From Balanoglossus misakiensis (Eukaryota; Animalia; Hemichordata): a stretch of DNA of 64,000 nt. The position numbers and the translations under genes were made by a program. Shown piece after piece: positions 41,901 to 53,572 of the stretch (positions are counted from its first letter, which is position 1; every line of letters starts with the position of its first letter). The stretch spans positions 3,207,857 to 3,271,856 of the forward strand of contig CM082591.2 of assembly GCA_040954595.2 (NCBI GenBank). Reading direction: 5' to 3'. The notes below the pieces were generated by a model that saw only the letters and a program-made list of their open reading frames with translations, had not been told where the DNA came from and made no database searches.

Positions 41901-44221
41901 ACTTGTCATCGTCTATCCAATTTCACTGGCGCAAACCTTTGAAAGGAAATTTAAAATGTGTACATTTTTGTAAAATTCATGTCAAGTACAATTTATAGGG
42001 TTGTATTATACTCACGGGAGAACCACTCCATGTAACCTTAGGATAGTTGTAAATGGCATAGCTGCAGTTACCGCCTTCAAGCATCACGACTTGATATGTG
42101 TTTCTCTGAAATGAAAAGAAAAGGACAAGATGGAAATTGCAAACTTATTTTTGCACAGTTAATTCTCCCTACCTTAAATAGGTTTTTGCTACCTAGGCGA
42201 CTGATGAAAATCTCATATAGTCGACACAATTTCAAGATGGACAATTTTTCCTAAAGTGATACTGGGTCATTATGAAACTTTGTAACATACAAAATAACAA
42301 AACGTGAAAAAAGTTGAATGAGTTTAATATGCTAACTACAAAGACAAATTTCTGAGCAAAGAACGTTATGATACATAGTTAACTTATCATTTTTTTTATA
42401 TCTTACTACAGTGAGTAGTCAACCTTTCACCCATAATGCACTTATTATACTGTGAGTTGACCCCCTAGAATAAAGTAAAACCCTACTTAAGGCAGCCGCA
42501 ATTTCCATGGCTTCCAGTGTCACGGTGTGTTAGGGATGACTCAAATAACTTAAACTGTAAAACCAATACTATTTTTAATGAAAAATAACTCACATTATTA
42601 TAGTCGTAGGTCTTAGCATCAAACTTCGCAACTTCATAGTACGTGACTATAATAACGTAATCAGCATAGACATCTGGGTATGTAGCTGAAATAGCCCGGG
42701 TGGCTTGATCCAGATCGACAGGATCCGTTGAGTCCCGGAAGTAGATTTCCCCGCCGCTGACAAAGTCAGTGTCGTCCCAGTACACAGCCAACATTGGTTT
42801 CAGATGATTTGGAAATGGGGTGGGAAAGGAGGACGCTACTGGTGCAAGGAATGTGATAATACCGTTGTCTGATACCTGCAAGTTTCAAAACAGTGGTTAA
42901 CTCCAAATAACCCTTCTGTCTCCTGTCCTCCTTGGAGTAGGCCTATGTCTGTCTGTCATTATTTTGATAAATTCTAAAACATTCACTTTATTCACGCATA
43001 GTGCATTACTTGATTTGCGAGCTGACCAGTCTTATCCTTTTATCCAAATACTTTAGAATGCTTATCCAAACATTCGAATTCGAATCGACCAGTGTTTCAA
43101 CATCAAATACTTTGGAATGTTGATCCACGGTTAAACCGTGGTTTGTCCAACATTCGAATTTGAATCGAACAGCATTTCAACACCAAATACTTTGGAATGT
43201 TTATCCAACATTCGAATTTGAATCGAACAGTGTTTCAACATCAAATACTATAGAATGCTTATCCAAACATTCGAATTCGAATCGAACAGCATTTCAACAC
43301 CAAATACTTTGGAATGTTTATCCAAACATTCGAATTTGAATCGAACAGTGTTTCAACATCAAATACTATGGAATGCTTATCCAACATTCGAATTCGAATC
43401 GAACAGCGTTTCAAATAGTGTAAACGTGAAAATATAAACCCTTGGCTCACTTACATATATATGATCCTGCGTAGCACTGAAGAACGTAAAGTTCTGACTC
43501 AGGTCCATCCTCTGACCTCTGTCATCAAACTTCACAAGTTTTGTGTCAAGTTGATCGCCAAAATGGAAGAGTAAAGGATCTGAAAGGGTTAAGTGAAAAC
43601 AGACATTAGTTGTTTTTTTTTCAATTTTAGCCGATAGGCTAAGAAACACTTCTCTACCCTTTCTCTATGTTTTTAAAAAGACTAAAGCATTTTTTTTCTT
43701 AAATATTATTTCTTATAATTCTTTATAACTAAATTATTGAAACGCGTGTGTTAAATACATGTCATGTCATTACATCATACCTAATGGGACTTCGACGACA
43801 GTGTATGTTGCTTCAAAACCAGCAAAATCTGTATAATCTTCGTGAAACCCATTGCTGTGGAATTCTAGAGACACCTGGTTTTGAGTTGATTCCCAGGTTG
43901 GTGGTGTTTCTCCGCACAGTGTAACTTTCGCCACATTGCCGTCATGTATCTAAAATAGTAAGAGAGTTTCCGAATCAGGATGTTTATCAAGAAAGTTGCG
44001 TGGATATTTTTTTTAAATAGTACACCTGCCTTTACAGAATCTAAAACGCGTGTACAACAGTTATTAGAGAACGTAAAATGCTTATAATTTTCCAACCTCT
44101 TGTAATGATTGGTTAAATACAACAATCAATAAGAATTTGTGATTATTACTGTGAACACATTGAAACTGCTAATGCGAAATCAAACGTTCAATTGGTTATT
44201 CCGCTCAGTATTTATCAGTGG

Positions 44222-44254
<33 letters not shown>

Positions 44255-45568
44255 GGTGGTGGTGGTGGTGGTGGTGGTGGTGGTGGTGGTGGTGATGATG
44301 ATGATGTTGATGTCATAATCTTACCACAAGCTTGTCTGCTGAACACATCCCCCCAGTACCACCTTTGAATTGTATGTCAAATGTTGTAAAGTTCAGTTGA
44401 ATGGCGTGACCTGCTGGCGCTATCAACCCAATCGTGCAGTCGCAGTTGTCTGGATAAAAATTTGGCCATCCCGGTGACGTCACAGTGCCAGAGTCTCCAT
44501 TGGTCAGTGAGAAATTGTTGTCGCAGTCTGTGATTGGACAATGAACGCAGCAGAGTAAACTCAAGTGTTGAAAACAAGGAAAGTGATTGGTGCTCCATAT
44601 ACAAGTAATTTGGTACGAGATTCCAATAGTGTTGGACAAAAGCAAGTGAAGTAATTGAAAGAAATAATGCATGGCATATGAATTAAAATAGCAAAAAAGT
44701 TTGTTGAGTTATATGTGATGGGAATCAATTGTCTTATTTGGATTTGTAAATATAAAATAACCCAACAGAAATTAAATTGCATAAATTAGTATATGATAAA
44801 ATATGCATGTTGCGGTGTTGTGTTGACTGTTGTGCTGAAAATTTTCAACTTTAACAAAGTAATATGCTTAGGTCAACCCTAATTAGCCACTCTACAACAC
44901 TTCATTTTTCAGACTTTGACAAATGACGCATCATATATTGCATTTCTTTTCTTTTAATTGATTTACATATACAAGATACGCGAATATCTTACCACAGGCG
45001 GCGGCCTGTCTCTTCTGCACACTGTGTTGCTTCTGGAGAAGGTGGTCAAAGTTCACGTTGTCGCCACTGAATACCTGTAAAGGAGACATGTGGTATGGCG
45101 AAACTTCAGATAGTGGACCTCCCATATGCAGTGCATGCTTTCCAGGGCCTTACATTTAGAATTTTGAGTAAACAGTTTTGCAATATTGTCATTCTCGGCA
45201 TTTTCACAAAAGGTGCCAAAAGAGGAGTATTTTCAAATGATGTAAAGAAAACACACTGTCACTGTGCTTGATTTTTTTAAAGCGCTGTTCAGATATTTTC
45301 ACCATAGGAAAACTATAGTACTACGAGTGCAATAAAAGTGCTGACTCAGCATTTTCCACGATATTTGAGACCCCCTCACTGAAAAAGTACGATAGGAACA
45401 CTCTGTTTTCTCTCTACTTTTGTATTTAAAATGTATTCCACTCCCTTAACCATTTCGAAAAAAGCTAATACTTACCCCGAGATCTGCATGTGGCTCGGCG
45501 CTCCATACCGTTTGAAGAAACAAGGTGGCGGCGAGCAAGCCCACCAAAATGATAGGCTGTGCTGTCAT
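20974..45568 (-). CDS. Gene D: giant secreted CUB-NIDO-EGFx7-HYRx3-VWD-C8-TIL-TILa-HYRx21-C-type lectin protein (hyalin/tectorin-like mosaic, ~3050 aa, ~67 coding exons)
   Basis: Exons: 45476-45568 ([24 protein letters not shown]); 44993-45074 (..VQKRQAAAC); CUB 44325-44527, 43781-43949; NIDO 43455-43579, 42594-42875, 42016-42105, 41297-41441; EGF 41016-41135, 40673-40795, 40295-40411, 39951-40073, 39590-39712, 39208-39330, 38865-38990; HYR 38263-38505, 37809-38054, 37412-37654; VWD 37076-37314 (GDPH), 36417-36691; C8 36060-36319; TIL 35474-35664; TILa 35192-35363; 18-nt exon 34830-34847; 21 HYR exons from 34365-34592 down to 21929-22162 with 20 interleaved 6-nt micro-exons; CTLD 21340-21679 and 20974-21058 (..GFVCIC*). 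Total 9159 nt, in frame. Confidence 0.88.
22234..22467. mobile_element. MITE with ~17-bp terminal inverted repeats and a TTAA-like target site (Kolobok-like non-autonomous element)
   Basis: Left end TTAA|AGGGAAGGGGTCGTCGC; right end GCGACGACCCCTTCACT|TTGA (one mismatch). A related degenerate end, TTAAAGGGGAGGGTCGTC, lies at ~3634. The family call rests only on the TTAA site and purine termini. Confidence 0.7.
22662..34094 (-). other. Series of twenty 6-nt micro-exons, one between each pair of HYR exons in gene D
   Basis: Minus-strand pattern pyrimidine tract-CAG|6 nt|GT(A/G)AGT at 34089-94, 33241-46, 32494-99, 31855-60, 31214-19, 30682-87, 30149-54, 29617-22, 29085-90, 28552-57, 28020-25, 27487-92, 26955-60, 26423-28, 25891-96, 25170-75, 24550-55, 24016-21, 23345-50, 22662-67. 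Sequences are AGGATG, TCGATG, TGGATG, TGGATA, AGGACG or GAGATA, and all keep an in-frame GAY (Asp). Confidence 0.82.
25526..31700 (-). repeat. Near-perfect ~532-bp tandem array (222-nt HYR exon + ~161-nt intron + 6-nt micro-exon + 143-nt intron)
   Basis: HYR exon low-coordinate ends at 25526, 26058, 26590, 27122, 27655, 28187, 28720, 29252, 29784, 30317, 30849 and 31381 (532-533 bp spacing). Introns are nearly as identical as the exons. Confidence 0.96.
41551..41820 (-). mobile_element. 3' fragment of an L2/CR1-clade LINE with a (TGTA)n tail
   Basis: 41725-41820 minus encodes [31 protein letters not shown], resembling the typical L2/CR1 ORF2 C-terminus (WNSLP..IR...SL..FK..LKT.LF). A short 3' UTR (GTAAAGCGCTATTG...) and a tandem TGTA tail follow. 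Confidence 0.8.
43040..43415. repeat. ~58-59-bp minisatellite, about 6 copies
   Basis: Unit ttatccaa(a)cattcgaatt(c/t)gaatcgaacagtgtttcaacatcaaatactttggaatg starts at ~43062, 43201, 43259, 43318 and 43377. Intronic in gene D. Confidence 0.9.
44222..44312. repeat. Compound (GAT)n(GGT)n(GAT)n microsatellite
   Basis: Visible directly; intronic. Confidence 0.92.
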
Positions 45569-46554
45569 CGTCCTGAAATGATTTCAAATATTTCGCATCT
45601 TCGAGTTTCTCTATCGAAGTGGTTGTATAGGTTTTTTAGTAGTAAAAGCTGAAGTTGTATCAAAAATCCGCTGGGGACACCAACAAACTTTCGACACAAA
45701 ATCACTCTACATCGTCCCGAAAGCGATCTGCGCACGAAATTCACGCTTTTTTACATGTAGAGAGTGGCATCATTTTGAAATGTGAAAGTTTATAACAAAA
45801 CTTCTACAGACTGTAACTTTTGACAGAAACATAATCATTTCGAACAATCGAACAATTAGAAAGCGCTTAGCATCTCTGAAAATAGCCAAGAAATTCTCAT
45901 CAGGTATATTTTGCAGGTTTTGTTTTCCATTTAAAACGTTGAAAAGTTCATGGCTGTATTTCATGACAATATAATGCATCAATGAGATGTTTTAACTCAC
46001 GAGTCAACAAAATTATTCCTTTAGCTGTCTCCTCTATCTTTTTTTCTCTCAAAATAATGTGTTTCTTTTTTGTCATATCCTGATAAGTATCAGAAATTGT
46101 GAAGTTACTCACCGCTGTGTGATTGTCTGTTCTCACCACTGGCAGTATCGGTTATTGTCGTCTGCTTGCAATTGTTCTTTGTAATTTCCCTCTCTTCATA
46201 GAGAGTGGTCGAATGGCTGCCTAATTATGCAAGACGGTAAGGTCTATGGCGATTCACCGTATTTCAAGATCCGACAGTACTTCCGCGGAGGAAAATAGTG
46301 CGTTAATTGGTAAACAGGCCACTGCTTGGAGGCCATTCATTCATTGAACGTATTGCCTTGTTTTTTCTAATTACAGTTTTGATTGCTTTGCGTGACTTGA
46401 CGACTAAACGCAGACTCGGATTCTGTAAAAACTGCTGACGCCAGTGCCACGTTGTACGGTACACTCACCTGTCGCAAAAAGTTTATAAACCCACGCGCTC
46501 CCACCGACGAAGTGTCTAAGTTACTTGGAGAAATACTTGCGAATTAACTTAAAA

Positions 46555-46645
46555 GACAAAACAGAAAATATAGTAAGAGACTTCCATTGGAAATGTTTGT
46601 ACCGAACGTTTAAAGACAATGTTAAACTTTATCAATGGAATACAA
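46555..46645 (+). mobile_element. Possible decayed L1/Tx1-type LINE ORF2 fragment
   Basis: IVRDFHWKCLYRTFKDNVKLYQWN resembles the 'LRDFQWKILHRIL.TN..L.KW' segment before the C-terminal zinc finger of L1/Tx1 ORF2. Short and degenerate. Confidence 0.4.
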
Positions 46646-48050
46646 GACACCAAGATAAATTCTTAAACTTGTTTTACGTAATGAACGAATTCATTCCGAA
46701 TTCGAACCGCCATGTTTATGAATAGTTGAAGAGCAGGATGGGTAATAGTAACGAGCATGCGCAGTTGCCTAGCATACTTTATTGCGACGTTACCCGCACT
46801 GACAGAGGTCAATCACGATCTGACAAAACTGTGTCTTCACATTCCCCTCTGATCGATGTTAGAATTCATATCTGTGTGAGTAGAATTTGGTGTAAAGAAG
46901 CATAGGTAACATCGTTTTTCGCAACCAATTGTTGTGTGTTATCAGATATTCGATACAGAGTCTGTCATTTTCCTGGTCAACATCAGATGACACCGTGACC
47001 CTGGCATATTTTTTATTTACAAAACTCACTGAAATTACAAGAGATTTTATCCTCAGTTCGCTTTCCTACAGACTACGTTAGCAATTAATAATTCGCATAA
47101 TCACAAAGTGGAAATCGGAGAAAAAATCACTGTCTATAGAGCCATCAGACTAGCCCAACGGATATTTCATCTTCTCCGTCGATCAGAAGGGTTTCTGCCA
47201 CTTCCGGCAGCGTCATACGCGTGGAGACAAAGAAAGATAGCGACGAACAAACGAGCAAACAGTCGCATAAACAAACAAACAAGACTAAGCAAAGAAGAGA
47301 GATCGTGTTGGTGTTAGTTCGCTACCATCCAAAAAGAAACTTTTGAAAAACCTGTAATAGTGTACTACTAGTATAACTCGAGATCCACGTAGATATGTTT
47401 GTTTGTTTAGCGGTGTTTGCATTCTGTACACTAATGATGTGAACCCACCATATGTTTCATCCCAAATTAAAATACACGTCAATTTAGCGATGCACGAAAT
47501 TGAACATTCCGTGCCTGTCGATCAAAAAATTAATCAAAACACACATTTCTACACGCATGAGTTTTGAATCAAGTGGCCATATGGCGATTTTCCAATATCC
47601 GGTAAAATAAATTAATCATTGTGTAGTCTATTTTCATCACGGCATCTCTCTCACCCTTCCGTCTACCTCTCCCTCTCTCTCTTTGTCTCTCTCTCACCCC
47701 TCTCTCTCACTCTACGTGTCTCACTCTGTGTGTGGGTGGACAAAGGAAAGGCACAGTAGGCATTATCGTGATATCATTGGAGTCTGTGGTGACATATGAA
47801 CCAAAGGGTGTGAATAATATAGGGAGAGATTGACATTGATTGTAATTAATTTATTCTGGAAGACAAGTTTCTAAGGGTTGTCTAATTACACCAAAGATGC
47901 CAGTATATGTACTGGATGTCATAGCAGGAGCGGCTGATCGTGCAACAGTAAAATGTGCACTGAGGTTTTCAGAGTCTTAGCGAGTGTCCATCAAGCCAAT
48001 GGCAGTGTCTATACGGTCAGAGTTGTCGCCTTGTCCGTGCTTTGGCTGTT

Positions 48051-51000
48051 TTATGGGTTGATTTCGACGACTGCAAGAAATGGAAAGTGGAAACGGTAAA
48101 AAATGTCGACCTTTCCGAACCAGCGTGAAAAGAAAACGTAATAGCCATATGACATGATACATACGATGTGAATACTAAGTATGTCTCTGTTAAAGGACAA
48201 CTGCTATCTGAACAGCGCCATTCCTAGACTGAGAGTCGTCAATAGGTGGCGCTTTCAATCATTTCCTCTCCTCGCTAGTCTTACGTTGGACTGACCCTGT
48301 CACATACATGTACAGTAATGTGCCTATAGTTTTCTAGCTGCGAGAGTAAATAACATCCGATCATATACACACCTTCATCGTATTGGCAAATAAATCCCTT
48401 TTCTTCTGCGCAGTCGCCTAACGTCCAGTGTGACGTTTCCTCAGACCTAAAAATAAAACGGAAATACTTGTTAGAGGGCGCTAGTCCTCGAAATTTGTCT
48501 CTCAAGTCGGCAAAATATTAGTATATGCATGTGAAAAACATTGATCGAATTGAAATGCGTAAACCAGAAAGAAATTTAATTTTCGACTGGTTGCATTTGG
48601 CAAAAAAGTTGTTCTCAGTGATTTACCAGAACTGGACACATTTTGTAGGATCCGCGACCAAAATGTCTTCGAACGACACTGCACTGTTGCTACCACTACT
48701 ACTGCTGCTGCTGCTACTTTCGCCGTCCCAGTTGCTATAGCAGCTTGTCCTGAGGGTCTTCCTGCCGTTGAACCAGATGCCGTCACACTGGAGGTTGCCG
48801 GAGTCTGTGGCTTCGAGACCATGAACCAAAAGCGTGTTCAGCGCGTGACTTGTGACGACCGCCACCTCTGCGCTGTATGTCTCTTGACAGGCAATTTTTG
48901 CCTGGCCGAATCTCTTACATTCGTCAACAACCGTGTACTTTCTGCAGTATCTGATGTGGGCTATCTCACCAGCAACTTCTGCAAAATGGGCCATAAAATG
49001 ATACAGACGTATTTATTACTAGTGTCATTGTTTTGGATAATACTACTTAGACCAATTGCGTACTACTGTACAGTCGTTTTATTCAACAGTTTTATTGAAA
49101 CATATACATGTGCAATAAGATAAAACGTAAATATTCATGGAAACATTGAATCATCATATAAAATAATCGATGGGATTGTGAATATGGAAGCAGGCGTGTC
49201 GATTAACATAATGTCTTTTATTTTCGCGCCACGACGACACTAAATTGGTGTACTTCCTGGACGATCCATCAAAGCGAGGCTCACGGGTGGTCAAAGGTCA
49301 ACATTAGAGGTTCCTTGGACACAGTGGAGGGTGGTAACTCAGACACAAACGGTAACCTGGGGGAAAACAACGGGTAGAGAAGGTAAATAAACAAATAATA
49401 TTCACGAAGTATGCATGATGTCGGGTGAAGACATCTAAGCATAGGATATTAACAGAAGGGTTAGAACGATGGTACAAGAGAGAGAGAGAGAGACAGACAG
49501 ACAGAACAAAGATAGTGACACATGGTCATGTAATTAATCTACAGTTAAATCAAAATACTTACCTTGGCATGTAAGGCCATCAGGGCCGAGTTGAAAGCCT
49601 GGGTCGCAGTCACAATAGAAGCTCCCAACCGTGTTGACACAAATATCGCTACAGCCGCCATTATTGGCTGCACACTCATCAACATCTGAAATGACAATTA
49701 ACTATGTGTGAGAACCTACAGTGTCAGTATTAGTACTTTCAACATGTTAAGCTAAGCTACAAGAAGAGGGGACAGGAAGAGGGGAGGGGGATTTAGATAG
49801 AGACGGGAGGGTGAGTGTATTGTTTGACAAAATGATACCTACCGCATGAGAACCCATCAGGCAAGAGTGTCGCTGGAGGGGTACATGAACACGAGAAAGA
49901 GCCAGCTGAGTTTGTACATATGTCTTGGCAGCCGCCATTTGCATCGGCACATTCGTCAATGTCTGCAAGAAATGGAAGACCCGGTAACTAAAAACTCATC
50001 TAATATTTTTACAGGATTTTGGTGCATTATTTGTGGATATTAAATGGGCGTGTCTGAGTATTAAACTGACAGTGTTGTAACTCCATATTTAGAAAATGTT
50101 CATTCATATAATTGGTGCATATCAACACTTACCAATGCACAGGCTTGGCACGTTTGGGAAAGGTTGGTATCCGTCAAAACAGAAGCATGTAAAACTGCCT
50201 ATGTTGTTGATGCAACCTTGTTGACAGCCGCTGGTTTGTCTGGAACATTCGTCGACATCTGAGCCAAGAAAATGAGTGACAGAAGATCCGTTCAAGAAAC
50301 TACTGTGACAGAATCTCACACTGGCTTCCGGCATCCGTGGCGCATGTCAACAACACGTTTCAATTGCTTTGATACACTTCATTGTTTCCATTCAAATGAA
50401 TGCTCATTTGCATATAGAATGTGTCATAATGATGTATTTGATGCATGGTCATTTGCATATAGAGTGCATGATAATGCTGTATTTGACAAGCACATTCAAA
50501 TGCTGTACAATATAGTGTAGTTGACGACACTGGAAGTTTTTAATGTTGAATATTTACTCACCAATACATGTTGTGCCATCTACGTCTAGCTCATATCCGC
50601 CAAAACAGCTACAGCTAAACGAACCGGGGGTGTTGACACAAAATTGATGACATCCACCATTTGCAGTAGCACACTCGTCTATGTCTACATCACATAAATA
50701 TAAAAGCATATTAATTCTCTTCTCAGGCCCTATAATGAAACTGTGCCTATGTGTTAACACAATGCCTTTGCCTGAACAGGGACTCTTACCCGGAGAATAC
50801 GTTTTGTATGACCCAATGCTTACCTTGACATGTTAGGCCATCGGGGCTGAGTTCATAGCCTGGGCCGCACTCACAATAGAAGCTCCCAATCGTGTTGACA
50901 CAAGTGTCACTACAGCCGCCATTATTGGTTGCACACTCGTCAACATCTGTAATGAAAACATCATGTGATAACTTGTATTTTTTCTTTATCAATTTATATC

Positions 51001-52066
51001 ATTAGTGTAAGCATTAGATCGGGAGACCATCAGAACATACATTCGAATAAAGCGAACATAGGAATCGATTTCGTTAACATAATGGTACCTACCGCATGAG
51101 AACCCATCAGGCAAGAGTGTCGCTGGAGCGGTACACGAACACGCGAAGGACCCAACTGAGTTTGTACATATGTCTTGGCAACCGCCATTTGCATCGGCAC
51201 ATTCGTCTACGTCTACATAAAATCAAGAATGGTTATTAGTTGTACAGATATGCTTTTTGTTTTCTGGTGGATTGCATTCAGTTCCCCGAAATGTGTAGAT
51301 GTGATAATGATATGCGCGTAAAATCAATACTTAGGCACATATTACCATATTTTGGAAATACTCAAGAAAGTCAACCACTGATGCCTACGAATGAAAATGT
51401 CAATTTAAACAATCATGCAAATCAATACATACCAATGCACAGACTTGGCACATTTGGGAAAGGTTGGTATCCCTCAAAACAGAAGCAAGTAAAACTGCCT
51501 ATGTTGTTGGTGCAACCTTGTTGACAGCCGCTGGTCATTGTCCCACATTCATCAATATCTGTGTGAAAAATGCGGGGTTGTTCAGTAAAGTGTCGTTGTG
51601 GTAAGTTCATGATTCTGGCGCTGGCCTTTCTATCTGCTTACATCGTGTCAGGAAACATTCGCTTCAATTAAACGCTGACGATTATGACCTTCGCAAAGTC
51701 CGTGCATATTATACACTACCTCCACATGACTGCATGTCAGCCAGAAGGTGATATCCTCCGAAGCAGCTGCATACAGCAATACCATTGACATCTTCAGTGC
51801 AGATGTGTTCACACGAACCTGGGCAACCGGCACCCTGCAACTGTAAAGTAATTTCAAGGGGGTGTGTAAGCGGTCTAGAACCTAACGTGTGTTTTCTTGG
51901 CTCCGAGAAACTGAAAATTCGTGCGAAGCGAAATTGTCTTGTTCGTGAAAATGGTCCAGAAATACTACGACGGATATTGTCAATGGAAAATTGCACTTAC
52001 CTTGACACGAGTTATGAGTATGCACAAAACACCACACAGTAAATAGATCCGCTGTGGTTGAACCAT
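48051..52066 (-). CDS. Gene C: secreted EGF/cbEGFx8 + C-type lectin domain protein (~495 aa)
   Basis: Exons: 52001-52066 ([22 protein letters not shown]); EGF 51720-51834; cbEGF (D[IV]DEC...C.N..GSF.C.C) 51433-51558, 51093-51212, 50824-50946, 50562-50684, 50133-50258, 49843-49962, 49563-49685; CTLD 48627-48978 and 48373-48446; last exon 48051-48070 (VVEINP*). Confidence 0.88.
49304..49356 (-). other. Putative alternative terminal coding exon of gene C ([17 protein letters not shown])
   Basis: Strong acceptor GTTTTCCCCCAG, in phase with the last cbEGF exon. In-frame TAA at 49304-49306 and minus-strand AATAAA at ~49217 and ~49091, ahead of the CTLD exon. Confidence 0.5.
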
Positions 52067-52529
52067 GGTTGAGTTTTGTAACCTGTTCCCGCAAAGATCG
52101 ACTAACCTTTAGTTGTGTTTTTTTTTTACCACAGATTGGTGCTTGGTTTATAAGTGGAGATGAGTTGACGACACTGTGCAGTTGGCGAAAAGTTGTGACT
52201 AAATGCCTGATTTCCCTATGTAACCAACGGCACAGAACCTTCAAGAGGCAGACATCTTTAAAAGGGTAAGTTGCAACAAACCTCTTCGTGACGTGAGCTG
52301 AAATGGCTTTGCAAAATTCTATGTTTGTAATATCCGAAAATTTCCAAATGTTGAAAGTACAGAACGACATCAGTTGGAGACCATGTCCTCAAATATTGAC
52401 CAGTGCTCTCTGATCTCGAAAGTGTTTACTCACCTGTCGAAGGCGCCGAATGATTTTCAGAGGAGTCTGCAGCTCTCTGATAGCATTAATGCCACCCGAG
52501 TGTGTTCAAACTAAATCACTTGTCTTCCC

Positions 52530-52536
52530 TTTTATA
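52530..52536 (-). promoter_or_regulatory. TATA box of gene C
   Basis: Minus-strand TATAAAA ~95 nt upstream of a 5'-UTR exon donor (GTGAGT near 52430). Confidence 0.55.
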
Positions 52537-53572
52537 GACGAATCACACCAATACTGACATGACCAATAAAGCAACATCTTCTTTGGCCATACGGTATGTA
52601 CCCAATATCGTTTGCTTACAAGAAAAGACAAACTAATTCCGAAAATTGAATTCATCACAGAAATTGATTGTTATGCTATGTTCGCGCCACAGCCTATAAG
52701 TGAAAACGAGGCTGACATTCAAATGGTCGTTTCATTTCAAAGTAACGACCGTTTATATCGCCATTGGTAGGAATATGTTTGTGTAATTGGAAATATTATT
52801 TCAGTATTGTGATTTCGTACTCATACGTCAGTAAGCTGAAGAATTTTTCAACCACGCACAATGTGGTATTTGTGCAAGGTTATTAGCTCGGCAAACGATC
52901 ATATGGTGTGGGACAAAAGCCCTACAAATATGCGTACACTAGTCATTCTAGCATGTCCATTCACCCTGACGGAAAGTGGATATCGTCAGAATTAATCATT
53001 AAATCAATGACTGCGGTAAAGGTTTAAAACCATTTCCTCTTTCCCAACAATCTAGTTTGACGTGGCAGATAATTTCTAACTTTTCACTGGTATGACATGA
53101 GCGTTATACGGGCTGCACAGTGCGTCGCCATCTTGCGCAAATATGTACCACCGACAGAGGAGAACATACCGGGCGCCATTTTGTTTTTATCTTATAGCGA
53201 GCCAACATGAATAACCCGATTGAAATTTGGTTGTGGCCACACTGTCCCCACCATTTTGTGTATGAGACATAGAGCACAAAAAACAGCACACTAATATTCT
53301 GCATTTAAAGAATAATGCTAATTTAATTCGCCTGAGTTCAACCAAATGTGACAGTACTAAATATTAAATTCCAATCTAAAATAAGCAAGTATTTGCAGTT
53401 CAGCTGTGATACATTGTCCTGCTGCAGTGGTGACCTCCATGGTTTTACTAACTTCTTGTTGGTTGTGTCGACGATGATGTCCAATAGTAGGTGAATGTTA
53501 CTAATTTATCATAAACACATTTATGTAAATGTTTACCTATGCCCTCGTTAACAGCTTGGATTTTCACCGAAA

